Shown here: positions 8,435 to 19,154 of the stretch, in pieces
How positions within the stretch are numbered: the stretch's first letter is position 1
Layout: each line of letters begins with the position of its first letter
Assembly: GCA_047602655.1 (NCBI GenBank)
Contig: JASGGT010000001.1
Location: forward strand, 5,453 to 69,452
Origin: Desulfovibrio sp.
Lineage (GTDB): Bacteria; Desulfobacterota; Desulfovibrionia; Desulfovibrionales; Desulfovibrionaceae
Direction of reading: 5' to 3'
Length of the DNA: 64,000 nucleotides
Program-made: the position numbers and the translations under genes
The notes under the pieces: model-generated
Databases searched by the model: none
What the model saw: the letters and a program-made list of their open reading frames with translations, nothing else
What the model was told of the DNA's origin: nothing

Positions 8435-9787
8435 TTAAAAAAATGTTTTGCCCACCGCTGCGGCTTCATCCTGCCGCGCCTGCTCGGCCATATCTTCGGG
8501 GGCGGTGTCCAGACCGTTGACCACAGCCCCGATCATGACCCCAAGGTGGCTCATGGCAAGCCCAAGCCACCAGATGCGGTAAAAGTCATGCCCAAAGATG
8601 CCGTTGACCAGCCAGCCGCCAAAACCGATCCAGAACCAGGCGGTCAAGCGCCAGTAGAGGCTGGGGCTTTTGCTTTCAAGCTCTGCCAGCAGGCGCGGGC
8701 GTATACGCTTGTACCCCCACCAGATGAAGCCCAGCAGAAAAATCATGCCCAGCACAAAGCCAACAATACCATGCGCGTACAGTATATCCAGATAAAGGTT
8801 GTGCGGATGGCTGATGGTGATAACGTCTTTTCCAGGCGCAAGGCCGAGCGCACGGAAGGCCTCGTTATAACGGCCCGCTCCGGCTCCCAGCCAGGGATGC
8901 TCGCAAAACACCTGCCAGGCCAGATGCCACAGGCTCCAGCGGCCATCGTCCTCCACCGCGCCCAGCCCTGCCCGCCCCTGTAGCAGGAGCACAGCCAGCA
9001 GAATGCCCAGCGAGCCAGCGGCAAGCTTGAAGCGTCCACGGCCCCCGCGCAGCAGCACCCACAAACCAAAAGAAACAGCCACCGCCAGCGCGCCGCTACG
9101 GCTGCTTGCGCCAATCAGCAGAAAAAAAGCGGGCCACAGCGTTGCAAACCACAACAGGGCCGAAGCCGCAGGCGAGAGGGCGCGGCGCAGGATAAACCAG
9201 AGAGAAAAGGCAGGAATGAGCGCCAGGGCTATATAGTTGCCCACGGTGTAATCGCCGAGGCTCCCCGTGAGCCTGCCCGCATTAAGGGCGTAGCCCATGA
9301 TGAAATCCGTGCCGGTCAATGCCTGATGCAGGCCGTCCAGCCCTTCCCAGAAGCAGGCCAGCACGCAGGCCCACACAAGGCGGCGCAGGTCTTTTTCGCT
9401 CCGCACGCATTCCATGCCGATGAACGGCAGAATAAAGCCCTTGTTGATGCCAGTGCCCGCGTGGAGCAGCGACGTCCATATGTTTTCGGAAAAAAACACG
9501 CCAATGCCGATCATGGCCCACAGGCAATAAAAAAGCGGGCGTGCATCAAGCCTGTGCAAAACGCTTTCTGCCCAGTTGTAGCGATAATAGAGCAACAGAA
9601 AAATGAAACAGATGACTGGTAAGACTTCACGCGCGCCGTACCCTATGGGAAAGGAGGCCAGCGAAATCCAGAACGACCAGAAAAGACAACGGCTCCACTG
9701 CACATCAGACGGATTGCGTAGTGCGCAAAGCAGGCGCTCCCGCACGTGCAAACCCTGTTTTTTTGCTTCATTAAATATATTAAGCAC
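8435..9787 (-). CDS. O-antigen ligase (Wzy_C)-like polytopic membrane protein
   Basis: 450 aa with about 10-12 hydrophobic helices. The loop region (ITISHPHNLYLDILYAHGIVGF) is typical of the O-antigen ligase/polymerase family. Confidence 0.6.
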   Translation of the reverse strand: MLNIFNEAKKQGLHVRERLLCALRNPSDVQWSRCLFWSFWISLASFPIGYGAREVLPVICFIFLLLYYRYNWAESVLHRLDARPLFYCLWAMIGIGVFFSENIWTSLLHAGTGINKGFILPFIGMECVRSEKDLRRLVWACVLACFWEGLDGLHQALTGTDFIMGYALNAGRLTGSLGDYTVGNYIALALIPAFSLWFILRRALSPAASALLWFATLWPAFFLLIGASSRSGALAVAVSFGLWVLLRGGRGRFKLAAGSLGILLAVLLLQGRAGLGAVEDDGRWSLWHLAWQVFCEHPWLGAGAGRYNEAFRALGLAPGKDVITISHPHNLYLDILYAHGIVGFVLGMIFLLGFIWWGYKRIRPRLLAELESKSPSLYWRLTAWFWIGFGGWLVNGIFGHDFYRIWWLGLAMSHLGVMIGAVVNGLDTAPEDMAEQARQDEAAAVGKTFF

Positions 9788-9934
9788 AGCTCATGCGCCC
9801 TTTGGTTGGATACAGATTATGGCGCAAGATGTATCCGTTGGCGGGCATAAATTCAAGTAGCAGTAAAGTCCTTGCATTAGGGAAACAGGCAAAATATACT
9901 TTTGCGATAAATTATTTCACCATTGAGGTACACT

Positions 9935-10618
9935 ATGGCCAGATTTACCGGTTTTGACGAAGTATTCAGTGCTCTTTACGTTGACTTCGACAATATTTAC
10001 ACCCGCTTTCTTGAAATTGACCCCGAGGCGGCAAGGGCCTTTGGCTCTGTTCCATACCGATGGGTGCGCTGGATTGAAAACCATGCACTGCGCATTCTGT
10101 ACGGTGAAGGCGTACGCCGCCGCATCCTCAAGCGCATGTGCTACCTGAACCCCCAGCGCTATCAAGAATACCGCAATCCCTTCATCCGCAGCGCATTCCA
10201 GGTGGTGGACTGCCCGCCGCTGACCACACGCGGCAAGACCAGCACGGATATCCATCTGGTTATGGACTGCATGGACGACCTCTCCCACTCCACCCACTTT
10301 GACGAATTCGTCATTCTTTCCGGCGATGCGGACTTTACCCCCCTGCTCATCCGCTTGCAGGAACACGCCCGCCGCACACTGGTGCTCTCGGTGGGTTATT
10401 CTTCGCCCGCATACACGGCTGCGGCATCCTGGCGCATCCGCGAAGACTGGTTTTTGCAGCAGGCCCTGCGCGACGAACGCGCCGATGACGTGGACGACCA
10501 GCCCATCCCAGTAGCTCCCACAGCATCCATTGCCCGTACCACGCATGCCGCACCGCCCGCCCCAGAAAAAAATCCTGACGACGAGGACGAAGGCCCCGCG
10601 CCCGGCAATGCGTGGTAA
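9935..10618 (+). CDS. NYN (LabA/DUF88-like, PIN-fold) domain protein
   Basis: ALYVDFDNIY...TSTDIHLVMDCMD...FDEFVILSGDADFTPLLIRLQEHARRTLV are NYN acidic motifs. ATG at 9935 follows GAGG. The track start at 9923 is TTG. Confidence 0.65.
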   Translation: MARFTGFDEVFSALYVDFDNIYTRFLEIDPEAARAFGSVPYRWVRWIENHALRILYGEGVRRRILKRMCYLNPQRYQEYRNPFIRSAFQVVDCPPLTTRGKTSTDIHLVMDCMDDLSHSTHFDEFVILSGDADFTPLLIRLQEHARRTLVLSVGYSSPAYTAAASWRIREDWFLQQALRDERADDVDDQPIPVAPTASIARTTHAAPPAPEKNPDDEDEGPAPGNAW

Positions 10619-10654
10619 ATCCCCGCAATCTGTCAGCCCAACGGCCCGAAGCGC

Positions 10655-10683
10655 TTGACGCCGGGAGCCGCCAACGCTAAAAA
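10655..10683 (+). promoter_or_regulatory. possible sigma70-type promoter for the amino-acid ABC operon
   Basis: TTGACG (10655-10660), 17 nt, TAAAAA (10678-10683). This would leave a leader of about 180 nt. Confidence 0.3.
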
Positions 10684-10866
10684 GTGAGACGCTCTTTTCT
10701 GGTTGGTAGCCCGCCCTGCTGGTGCATCCCGCGCTTACCGGCGAACCACGGACCGCCGCAACCTGCAGCCGTTTTCAGTGATTACGGCCGCATGATTACG
10801 GCGCAGGCGTCCCCCATGACGCATACAGAGGCGGGCCTGAATCATAAAACCTGGTTAGGAGGTCCT

Positions 10867-11610
10867 ATGTTTCGCCGTGTTATTCTTGCCCTGATTACCC
10901 TTGCCCTGCTCTGCGGGCCAGCGGCTGCCGCCGAAAAATTCATTGTGGCCAGCGACTGCACATGGCCCCCCATGGAAATGCTGGACGCCAACAAGCAGCC
11001 TGAGGGCTTCTCCACCGACTACCTCCGCGCCATGGGCAAAGCCGCTGGCTTTGAGGTAGAAGTGCGCAACATCGCGTGGGACGGCATTTTTGGCGGTGTG
11101 GCCACCGGACAGTACGACATCGTGGCTTCCTCGGTGACCATCACCCCCGAGCGTGAAAAGCAGTTTGACTTCTCCGCTCCTTACTATGAAGTGGTTCAGG
11201 CCGTGGTGCTGCCCGCTGGCAAGAGCATCAAGACCCTGGCCGACCTCAAGGGCAAGAAGGTCGGCGGCCAGATCGGCACCACCGGCATCTTTGTCATGCG
11301 CAAGGCCAATGTCGGCGCCGACATCAAGGAATACGACGATGTGGGCCTGGCCATTCAGGACCTCGTGGGCGGCCGTCTTGACGCCGTTATCTGCGACGAT
11401 CCCGTTGCCCTGTACTATGTCAACAAAAAGCCCGACACCGCCGGCAAGCTGAACATCTCGTTCAAGGCCGACGAAAAGGAATACTATGGCTTCACCGTCC
11501 GCAAGGGCCGCAAGGATCTGGTGGAAAAGCTGAACAAGGGCATTGCCGCTGTGAAGGCTTCGGGCGAAGACCGCAAAATTATTGAAAAGTGGCTTGGTAC
11601 ATCCAACTAA
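10867..11610 (+). CDS. amino acid ABC transporter substrate-binding protein (copy 1)
   Basis: AGGAGG RBS, signal peptide MFRRVILALITLALLCGPAAAA, and a family-3 SBP body (IAWDGIFGGVATGQYDIVASSVTITPEREKQFDFS). Confidence 0.85.
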   Translation: MFRRVILALITLALLCGPAAAAEKFIVASDCTWPPMEMLDANKQPEGFSTDYLRAMGKAAGFEVEVRNIAWDGIFGGVATGQYDIVASSVTITPEREKQFDFSAPYYEVVQAVVLPAGKSIKTLADLKGKKVGGQIGTTGIFVMRKANVGADIKEYDDVGLAIQDLVGGRLDAVICDDPVALYYVNKKPDTAGKLNISFKADEKEYYGFTVRKGRKDLVEKLNKGIAAVKASGEDRKIIEKWLGTSN

Positions 11611-11674
11611 CGTTCCGTTTTCGCAGGGCGCTCGGGCTTGTCCCGAGCGCCCCGCCGTATTTCAAGGAGTGGAC

Positions 11675-12418
11675 ATGATTCGTCGTTTGATGCTGGCCCT
11701 GGTTGCCGTTTCCCTTTTGTGCGGTCAGGCTCTGGCCGCTGAAAAATTCATTGTGGCCAGCGACTGCACCTGGCCCCCCATGGAAATGCTGGACGCCAAC
11801 AAGCAGCCCATTGGCTTTGACGTGGACTTCATCACTGCCGTCGGCAAGGCCGCCGGCTTTGAAGTTGATGTGCGCAACATCGCCTGGGACGGCATTTTCG
11901 GCGGTGTGGCCACCGGACAGTACGACATCGTGGCCGCCGCCACCACCATCACTGAAGAACGCCAGAAGCGGTTTGACTTCTCTGATCCTTATTATGAAGT
12001 TGCCCAGGCTGTGGTGCTGCCCGCTGGCAAGAGCATCAAGACCTTGGCTGACCTCAAGGGCAAGAAGGTCGGCGGCCAGATCGGCACCACCGGCGTGTTT
12101 GTTATCCGCAAGGCTGGCGTGACTGTCGACCTCAAGGAATACGACGATGTGGGCCTGGCCATTCAGGACATGCTGGGCGGTCGCCTTGACGCCGTTATCT
12201 GCGATGACCCGGTCGCGCTCTACTACGTCAACAAAAAGGCCGACACCGCTGGCAAGCTGAACATTTCTTTCAAGACCGAAGAAAAGGAATACTACGGCTT
12301 TACCGTGCGCCAGGGCCGCAAGGATCTGGTGGAAAAGCTGAACAAGGGCATCAAGGAAGTGAAAGCCTCCGGCGTGGAAGCCCAGTTGCTCCAGAAGTGG
12401 ATGGGCGTTTCCAAATAG
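11675..12418 (+). CDS. amino acid ABC transporter substrate-binding protein (copy 2, tandem paralog)
   Basis: Same 247-aa length as copy 1 and largely identical in sequence (AAEKFIVASDCTWPPMEMLDANKQP...). AAGGAG RBS. Confidence 0.85.
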   Translation: MIRRLMLALVAVSLLCGQALAAEKFIVASDCTWPPMEMLDANKQPIGFDVDFITAVGKAAGFEVDVRNIAWDGIFGGVATGQYDIVAAATTITEERQKRFDFSDPYYEVAQAVVLPAGKSIKTLADLKGKKVGGQIGTTGVFVIRKAGVTVDLKEYDDVGLAIQDMLGGRLDAVICDDPVALYYVNKKADTAGKLNISFKTEEKEYYGFTVRQGRKDLVEKLNKGIKEVKASGVEAQLLQKWMGVSK

Positions 12419-12591
12419 CTTGCCTTTTTTCGTGATATCTTGGTGGCTTCCGGGCTTTTGTCCGGAAGCCATTGCATAAACCAGGGCAATGCCTTACACC
12501 ACAGGGCCTGCCCGTTGTAACCAGCGGCATCCCGGCACGGCCAAGCCGTTGCCTGCCGCCAGCCTCAAACGCCTTGTCATGAAGGACTGCG

Positions 12592-13392
12592 ATGCACGAT
12601 AAAAAAGATGGAAGCAAAGGCAACATCATTATGGTCACGGATGGCGCGTCCATCCCTGACCCGCGTGAATGGCGCCTGATAAACGCATGGTCTATCGCCC
12701 TGGTGGGCGCGTTCGGCACCCTGTTTACCCTCTGCACGCTCTGGCCCGAGCCATACCTGCGCATTCTGCTTTACCTGCCGGACGGCATACTGATCACATT
12801 CAAGATCACCCTGCTTTCCATCTGCTGTGCGGTGCCGCTTGGCTTGCTCACAGGTCTTGGTCGCATTTCAGACAACCGCTTCATAAATCTTATCGCCTCC
12901 ACCTATGTGGAAGTGATACGCGGCATACCACTGCTGGTGCAGATATTTTACATCTACTACGCCCTCTCGCGCTTTGTGCAGGTGAGCGGCGTCACCTCCG
13001 CCGTGGTCGCCATCAGCTTCTGCTACGGCGCGTACATGGGCGAAGTGTTCCGCGCGGGCATCACGGCCATCAACAAGGGCCAGACCGAAGCGGCGCGCTC
13101 CCTGGGCTTCAACCGCTACCAGACCATGCGCCTTGTGGTGCTGCCCCAGGCCATGCGCACCATCCTGCCCCCCGTTGGCAACGAATGCATCGCCATGCTC
13201 AAGGATACCTCGCTTGTATCCATCATGGCCGTGCCGGACATAATGCAACGCGCGCGCAGCTTTGTGGGCACCACCTATCTGTATTTTGAAACCTACACCA
13301 TGGTGGCAATCATTTACCTCATTATCACCCTTGTGCTCTCCAAGGCTGTGAGCATCATGGAATCCAGGCTGAACTACTATGACGGAAAATAG
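12592..13392 (+). CDS. amino acid ABC transporter permease (His/Glu/Gln/Arg/opine type)
   Basis: Carries the EAA-loop region ([36 protein letters not shown]). Confidence 0.85.
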   Translation: MHDKKDGSKGNIIMVTDGASIPDPREWRLINAWSIALVGAFGTLFTLCTLWPEPYLRILLYLPDGILITFKITLLSICCAVPLGLLTGLGRISDNRFINLIASTYVEVIRGIPLLVQIFYIYYALSRFVQVSGVTSAVVAISFCYGAYMGEVFRAGITAINKGQTEAARSLGFNRYQTMRLVVLPQAMRTILPPVGNECIAMLKDTSLVSIMAVPDIMQRARSFVGTTYLYFETYTMVAIIYLIITLVLSKAVSIMESRLNYYDGK

Positions 13393-14125
13393 CGCCGCCC
13401 CCATTATCTCCATCAATCACGTCTGGAAGTACTTTGGCTCGCTGCCTGCCTTGCAGGATGTCAGCCTGGATATTGCTCCCGGTGAACGCGTGGTTATTAT
13501 CGGCCCTTCCGGCTCCGGCAAGTCCACCCTGCTGCGCTCCATCAACAGGCTGGAACAGATCGACCAGGGCAGCATCATTGTTCAGGGTCAGGATATCCAG
13601 AGCGACGAAAAAAACATCAATGAGATGCGCCAGAATCTGGGCATGGTTTTCCAGCAGTTCAATCTCTTTCCGCACAAGACGGTACTGGAAAACCTCACCC
13701 TTGCCCCGCGCCACCTGCGCAAGCTCTCGCGCGAGGAGGCTGACGCCCGCGCCCTGACCCTGCTCAAAAAGGTCGGCATCAGCGACAAGGCCAATGTGTA
13801 CCCTGCCATGCTCTCGGGCGGGCAGCAGCAGCGTGTTGCCATTGCGCGCGCCCTGGCCATGCAGCCCTCCATCATGCTCTTTGACGAACCCACCTCAGCC
13901 CTTGACCCCGAAATGGTGGGCGAAGTGCTGGACGTTATGGTGAAGCTGGCGGAAGAAGGCATGACAATGGTTTGCGTAACCCACGAAATGGGCTTTGCGC
14001 GCACGGTTGCCGACCGCCTCATTTTTATGGATCAGGGCCAGATTGTGGAAATGGGCAAACCTGAAATGCTTTTCACTGCCCCCCGCCATCCGCGCCTGCG
14101 GCAGTTCCTGAATCAGATTCTGTAG
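13379..14125 (+). CDS. amino acid ABC transporter ATP-binding protein
   Basis: Walker [10 protein letters not shown], signature [15 protein letters not shown], Walker [13 protein letters not shown]. Overlaps the permease stop by 14 nt. Confidence 0.9.
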   Translation: MTENSAAPIISINHVWKYFGSLPALQDVSLDIAPGERVVIIGPSGSGKSTLLRSINRLEQIDQGSIIVQGQDIQSDEKNINEMRQNLGMVFQQFNLFPHKTVLENLTLAPRHLRKLSREEADARALTLLKKVGISDKANVYPAMLSGGQQQRVAIARALAMQPSIMLFDEPTSALDPEMVGEVLDVMVKLAEEGMTMVCVTHEMGFARTVADRLIFMDQGQIVEMGKPEMLFTAPRHPRLRQFLNQIL

Positions 14126-14264
14126 TACGCTTCTGGCAGGAGGGGCCTTTGTCTGCAAGGGTCCCTTCTGTCATGCCTCTCCTCCTTCTTTCCCGCCATC
14201 CCTTATGTGTTGCGTCAGCGGCTTCGCCCCCCACGGCGACACCAACAAGGGAGTGAACAAAGCC

Positions 14265-15413
14265 ATGAACGCCCCCCATACACATAGCCCCACCGTGGCC
14301 GTTGCCGTGAGCGGCGGCGTCGACAGCCTGTGCGCAGTGGTCATGCTGCACAATGCGGGCTTTCGCGTTTTGGCCCTGCACGGTCTTTTTTTGCCAGACG
14401 GCCCAGCTGACGCCCCCGCAGGGCTGGCGGAAGCCTGCGCCGCGCTTGGGGTTCCCCTGCATGTGGCTGACCTGCGCGAGGCTTTTCAGCGTGAAGTGCT
14501 GACCCCTTTTGCCTCAGCCTATGCCCAGGGACGCACACCCAACCCCTGCGCCTACTGCAACCGGGCCATCAAGTTTGGCGTATTGCTCGACACCGCCCTT
14601 GCTCTCGGTGCGGACAAGCTTGCCACCGGGCATTACGCCCGCCTTGTTCCCGGCCCGGCTGCACCAATAACTGCGGACGAGGGTGAAATCTCCGAATCCT
14701 ATCCCCTGCTTGCCGCCGCTACGGACACAGCCAAGGATCAGAGCTATTTTCTCAGCCTTGTGCCGCGCAAACGGCTGAGTCGCGCCCTGTTTCCGCTTTA
14801 TGGGCAGAACAAGGAGCAAACCCGCGCCATTGTGGCGGCTGCCGGGTTGGCCGTTCCCCTGCCGTCCGAAAGTCAGGACATCTGTTTTGCCCCGCCCCTT
14901 GCGCAGGCGGGCATGTCCGCGGCCGAGGCCTACCGGCCTTTTCTGGAGCGCCACTGGCAGGCGGCCGGCACGGTCGCCCCGGGGCCGGGGCCTGTGCTGC
15001 TGCTCGACGCACAGGGCAACAAGCGTGAGATTGGCCGTCACAGGGGGCTGTGGCGCTATACGGAAGGTCAGCGCAAGGGGCTTGGCATTGCCCATACGGA
15101 GCCGCTTTTTGTGCTGACCAAGGACAGCGCAACCAACACCCTTGTGGTTGGGCCGCGTGCCTTGCTTGGCATACGCACCTGCCTGACAGGGCCAGCAAAT
15201 ATCGCATTGCCGCCGCACCTTTGGCCTGACAGGTTGCTTGTGAGGCTGCGGCATCGGCAGCGCCCCTGCCCCGCGAGTGTGCATGTTGATGATGCGTGCC
15301 TGCGTATCGTGCTGGATGAGCCGCAGTTTCCCACGGCGCCCGGTCAAGTGGCAGCAGTTTATGATGCGGAAGGCCGCGTGCTGGCTGCCGGTGTTGTGGA
15401 AGAGATGGTGTAA
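14265..15413 (+). CDS. mnmA: tRNA 2-thiouridine(34) synthase
   Basis: PP-loop VAVAVSGGVDS, NPCAYCNRAIKF, and DQSYFL. Start set at ATG 14265 after AAGGGAG. Confidence 0.85.
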   Translation: MNAPHTHSPTVAVAVSGGVDSLCAVVMLHNAGFRVLALHGLFLPDGPADAPAGLAEACAALGVPLHVADLREAFQREVLTPFASAYAQGRTPNPCAYCNRAIKFGVLLDTALALGADKLATGHYARLVPGPAAPITADEGEISESYPLLAAATDTAKDQSYFLSLVPRKRLSRALFPLYGQNKEQTRAIVAAAGLAVPLPSESQDICFAPPLAQAGMSAAEAYRPFLERHWQAAGTVAPGPGPVLLLDAQGNKREIGRHRGLWRYTEGQRKGLGIAHTEPLFVLTKDSATNTLVVGPRALLGIRTCLTGPANIALPPHLWPDRLLVRLRHRQRPCPASVHVDDACLRIVLDEPQFPTAPGQVAAVYDAEGRVLAAGVVEEMV

Positions 15414-15419
15414 TTTTTT

Positions 15420-16376
15420 GGGGAGAGTTTCCCTCACGGAGGGTGGGGGTGAGCCTGTCAGGCCCATTTACGCAAAACCGACTTTTTTGGCCTGACTGCG
15501 TCAAAGTCCAGCTTTTAATGCTCACGTACACGAGTACGCTGCGCTCAAAATCCCGGCGCTTCCTTTTCAGGCCGCAAAAAGCGTATTTTGCAAATTCGCC
15601 CAACACCAACCATCGCCTCCGCTCCGCTCCGGCGAGTATAAGGAAGGCGACCCGACGACCCGCTTCTGATGACGGGCCGGGGTGCAAGTTACGCGAAATT
15701 TTTCCGTCAGATCTCGCTGCACTAACCTTGATATTTCCATGAATAATTAGGCTGATGCAACCAATGTTGCTTTTGGTGCAAAGGCACCCACTCGAATTTA
15801 TGCTATCTCGCAACCCCAACCTTACCCTATTACGAGCGACAGAAAACCTATGGGGACATTAACTGGCATCTTCAAGGGACGCTGCGAACCAATTCACCAG
15901 TGATCCTTGGCTGAAGCGAAATCCCATTCAAGGCGAAAGCGGGCTCTGGCATTTACGCGGCGCGGAGGGAGATCGCCTGAACGAGTGCCGCGAGTGAAGG
16001 AAGCTCCCGCAGCTACAGCCGCGTTGCCCTCGCCGTTTTACGGAAGCTGAAAACTCTCTTAGGGGGGATGCAAGGGGGGCCGGAGTGTTGACACCGTCAA
16101 CACGACCGGAAATCAGGAGCAGGTCGCGGCTTTGCCGCGCCGCCAGCGACTGATATCCGTGCCTTTCCGACCGGCGGGCATACCGCCGATGGCGGCCCAA
16201 ACCCGCCGGAGAGGCGCAACCTCGCGCCCACAGGGCCAGAACACGAAAAAATTCGCCACCCCACAATAAAAACGGGCCTCAGCATCAGCCAAGACCCGTA
16301 GTAAAAGTTTTTGCGGGGATGGGGGTTTGGGGAGGGGGGCTTTTTAAAAAAGCCCCCCTTCCCCCAACGGCATTCC
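15420..16376 (+). repeat. non-coding mosaic repeat, copy A (inverted partner at 39600-40244)
   Basis: 15420-15700 matches the reverse complement of about 39975-40244. 15905-16110 matches the reverse complement of about 39760-39960, with weaker similarity out to about 16300/39640. Copy A carries an extra segment of about 200 bp (15700-15905). Confidence 0.8.
16329..16365. terminator. long G/C hairpin with an A/T centre (likely bidirectional terminator)
   Basis: GGGGAGGGGGGCTTTTT/AAAAAGCCCCCCTTCCCC, 13 nt beyond the gcvPB stop. Confidence 0.5.
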
Positions 16377-16377
16377 A

Positions 16378-17826
16378 CTACCCCATATCTTCGGTCAGCA
16401 CCATCTGACGTGCGGCGGCGGTTTCATCCAGACGACGCACGGGCAGGTTGGTGGGCAGTTCCTGAAGGGACTGAGGATCAGCCTTGCCCGTGAGGATGAT
16501 CTCCTGAAGGGCTTCAACGTAACCGTCCAGGGTTTCCTTGCTTTCCGTTTCCGTGGGTTCGGCCATGAGGCACTCGTGCACGATAAGCGGGAAGTAGATG
16601 GTGGGCGCGTGGATGCCGCGTTGCAAAAGAGCTTTGGCGATATCCAGAGCGCGCAGGCCCTGCGGTGCGGACGCCACGAATTCGTGCGCGCAGAAACGAT
16701 CCTTGAAAGGAATTTCCAGCACGTTCTCGAGCTTCTTCTTGAGGTAGTTGGCGTTGAGCACCGCGTATTCAGAGGCGCGGGCGAGGCCTTCGCCGCCGAG
16801 GCGCAGCATGTAGGCCAGAGCTTTGATGACAACGCCAAAGCTGCCATAGAAGGGGCCGATGGGGCCGATGGTCTGCGGCAGGTTGTAATCGAGGAAGAAA
16901 CGCCCGTCAGGATGCTTTGCCACGCGCGGTGCGGGTATAAAGGGCAACAGCCGGTCGGTGACGCCCACGGGGCCAGCGCCGGGGCCGCCGCCGCCGTGCG
17001 GGGTGGCCAGTGTTTTGTGGACGTTGAGGTGCACCACGTCAAAGCCAACGTCGCCCATGCGCATTTTGCCCATGATGGCGTTCATGTTGGCGCCGTCGTA
17101 GTACAGCAGAGCGTCAACCTTGCGCAGCTCGGCAACGATGCGGGGCAGGTGCACTTCCATGAGGCCGAGGGTGTTGGGGCAGGTCATCATGAGGCCCGCC
17201 ACATCTTCGCCGTGTTCGGCAATGGCCGCCACGATGGCTTCAGGATCCACCATGCCGTCGCGCGATTCGATGTTGATGGCGTCAAATCCGGCAAGAGCGG
17301 CGGAGGCAGGGTTGGTGCCGTGGGCCGCATCGGGAATGAGCATTTTTTTACGGTTGCGCCCCTTGGCCTTGTGGTAGGCGGCAATGAGCTTGACGCCGGT
17401 GAACTCGCCGTTGGCCCCGGCCATGGGCTGGAATGTGAAGGCCTTCATGCCCGTGAGTTCGCAGAGCAGATTTTCGGCTTCATGCAGGCATTGCAGCGCG
17501 CCCTGAGCGCAGTCGGCCCCGCCGTCAAGCTGGGCCATCATGGGGTGCAGGTGGGTAAAGCCCGGCAGCGCCGCCACGTATTCCATGAACTTGGGGTTGT
17601 ACTTCATGGTGCAGGAGCCAAGGGGGTAGAAATTGGCGTCCACACTGTAGTTGAGCTGCGAAAGCTGGGTGAAGTGGCGCACCACGTCCAGTTCCGAGCA
17701 TTCGGGCAGACGGGGAGCTTTTTTGCGCAGCAGGTCTGCGGGCAACATGGCCTCAGCCTTGGGGGCATCGCTGTTCAGGCAGTAGGCGGTGCGCCCAGAA
17801 ACGGATTTGGCGAAAATGGTTTTCAC
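16378..17826 (-). CDS. gcvPB: glycine dehydrogenase (decarboxylating) subunit 2
   Basis: 482 aa with a PLP-dependent GcvP C-terminal half. GTG start at 17826 overlaps the gcvPA stop (GTGA). The track ORF starts further upstream. Confidence 0.9.
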   Translation of the reverse strand: MKTIFAKSVSGRTAYCLNSDAPKAEAMLPADLLRKKAPRLPECSELDVVRHFTQLSQLNYSVDANFYPLGSCTMKYNPKFMEYVAALPGFTHLHPMMAQLDGGADCAQGALQCLHEAENLLCELTGMKAFTFQPMAGANGEFTGVKLIAAYHKAKGRNRKKMLIPDAAHGTNPASAALAGFDAINIESRDGMVDPEAIVAAIAEHGEDVAGLMMTCPNTLGLMEVHLPRIVAELRKVDALLYYDGANMNAIMGKMRMGDVGFDVVHLNVHKTLATPHGGGGPGAGPVGVTDRLLPFIPAPRVAKHPDGRFFLDYNLPQTIGPIGPFYGSFGVVIKALAYMLRLGGEGLARASEYAVLNANYLKKKLENVLEIPFKDRFCAHEFVASAPQGLRALDIAKALLQRGIHAPTIYFPLIVHECLMAEPTETESKETLDGYVEALQEIILTGKADPQSLQELPTNLPVRRLDETAAARQMVLTEDMG

Positions 17827-19154
17827 AGCAGACCTCCCATGATTTCGGCCAGCTTGTCTATCTGGGTGCGGTTGTTGGCCTCGGTGCACGAGAGCAGCAG
17901 CACGTTTTCCATGCCGGGATAGTGCTTGCCCAGCGGATAACCGGGCACAACACCCTTGGGTGTCATGGCCTTGACTACTTCGGCGGCGGGCATTGGCAAG
18001 CGCAGGGGCACTTCCGAGCCGTAGGGGGCGCTGTTGAGCAGTTCCACGCCCTTGAGGGCCGTGAGGCGTTCAACGGCGTAGCGGGCAAGGGCCATGTTGT
18101 TTTCAGCCACCCGGGTGAGGCCCTGCGGGCCAAGCAGGCTCATGTGGATGAGCGAGCGCAGGGCGCAGAGAGCCTGGTTGGAGCAGATGTTGGATGTGGC
18201 CTTGGCGCGACGGATATGCTGCTCGCGAGCTTGCAGGGTCAGCACATAGCCGGTTTTGCCGTCCACATCAGTGGTGCGGCCCACGATGCGGCCAGGGAAC
18301 TGGCGGATGTGCTCCTTGCGGCAGGCCATGAGCCCGAGGTAAGGGCCGCCGAACGAGAGGTTCATGCCGAGGCTCTGGCCTTCGGCCACGGCCACATCCG
18401 CGCCCATTTCGCCGGGAGTTTTAAGCACGGACTGCATGACAGGATACACGGAGATGACGCCAAAGGCCTTGTTGGAACGGGCCTTGGCAAACAGGGCCGT
18501 GTAGTCCGCCACCGCGCCAAAGAAGTTCGGATTCTGCACAATAACGGCAGCGCAGGTCGTGTCGGCGGCAGCCATGAGGCCGTCCATATCGCTGCAACCA
18601 TTCTGCTGGGGCACGGTCCTGATTTCCAGATCAAGGCTGGAAACATAGGCCTCCAGCATGGAGCGCCAGATGGGGTTCACGGCTTCGTCCACCACCAGCA
18701 CGCGGCGGCGCGTGGAGCGCACAGCCATCATGGCGGCTTCAAAAATGGCGGTGCCGCCGTCATACACGGAGGCATTGCCGCAATCCATTTCCATCAGACG
18801 GCTGACGGCGGTCTGAAATTCAAAAATGGCCTGCAAGGTGCCCTGCGAGCATTCTGCCTGATAGGGCGTGTAAGCGGTATAAAATTCGCTGCGGCCAGAG
18901 AGCGCGTCCACAGCCTTGGGGATGTCGTGGTTATAAAAGCCAGCGCCGAGAAAGGACACATGACCGGGGCAGTTTTTGGCTGCCAGCTCTTCAAAGTGTC
19001 CGCAGACGGCGGCCTCGCTCTGCCCCTTGGGCAGATCAAAGCTCTGGGGGCGCATGCTGGACGGAATGTCGGAAAAAAGCTCATCCAGACTGCGCACGCC
19101 AACTACGGAGAGCATTTCATGCAACTCTTCCGGCGTATGGGGAATGTATGGCAT
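17823..19154 (-). CDS. gcvPA: glycine dehydrogenase (decarboxylating) subunit 1
   Basis: 443 aa, MPYIPHTPEEL..., FLGAGFYNH, YTPYQAECSQG. AAGGAG RBS. Confidence 0.9.
   Translation of the reverse strand: MPYIPHTPEELHEMLSVVGVRSLDELFSDIPSSMRPQSFDLPKGQSEAAVCGHFEELAAKNCPGHVSFLGAGFYNHDIPKAVDALSGRSEFYTAYTPYQAECSQGTLQAIFEFQTAVSRLMEMDCGNASVYDGGTAIFEAAMMAVRSTRRRVLVVDEAVNPIWRSMLEAYVSSLDLEIRTVPQQNGCSDMDGLMAAADTTCAAVIVQNPNFFGAVADYTALFAKARSNKAFGVISVYPVMQSVLKTPGEMGADVAVAEGQSLGMNLSFGGPYLGLMACRKEHIRQFPGRIVGRTTDVDGKTGYVLTLQAREQHIRRAKATSNICSNQALCALRSLIHMSLLGPQGLTRVAENNMALARYAVERLTALKGVELLNSAPYGSEVPLRLPMPAAEVVKAMTPKGVVPGYPLGKHYPGMENVLLLSCTEANNRTQIDKLAEIMGGLL

Noticed and set aside
11579-12472. 297-aa minus-strand ORF
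   Set aside because: It is antisense to the second SBP gene, which has a signal peptide, an RBS and clear family motifs.
15443-15742. 99-aa ORF and its 76-aa counterpart (40002..40232) sharing LMLTY.STLRSKSRRFLFRPQ
   Set aside because: The conservation is simply that of the DNA repeat. There is no RBS, the ORF ends differ between copies, the ORFs overlap long hairpins, and substitutions show no synonymous bias that I can see.
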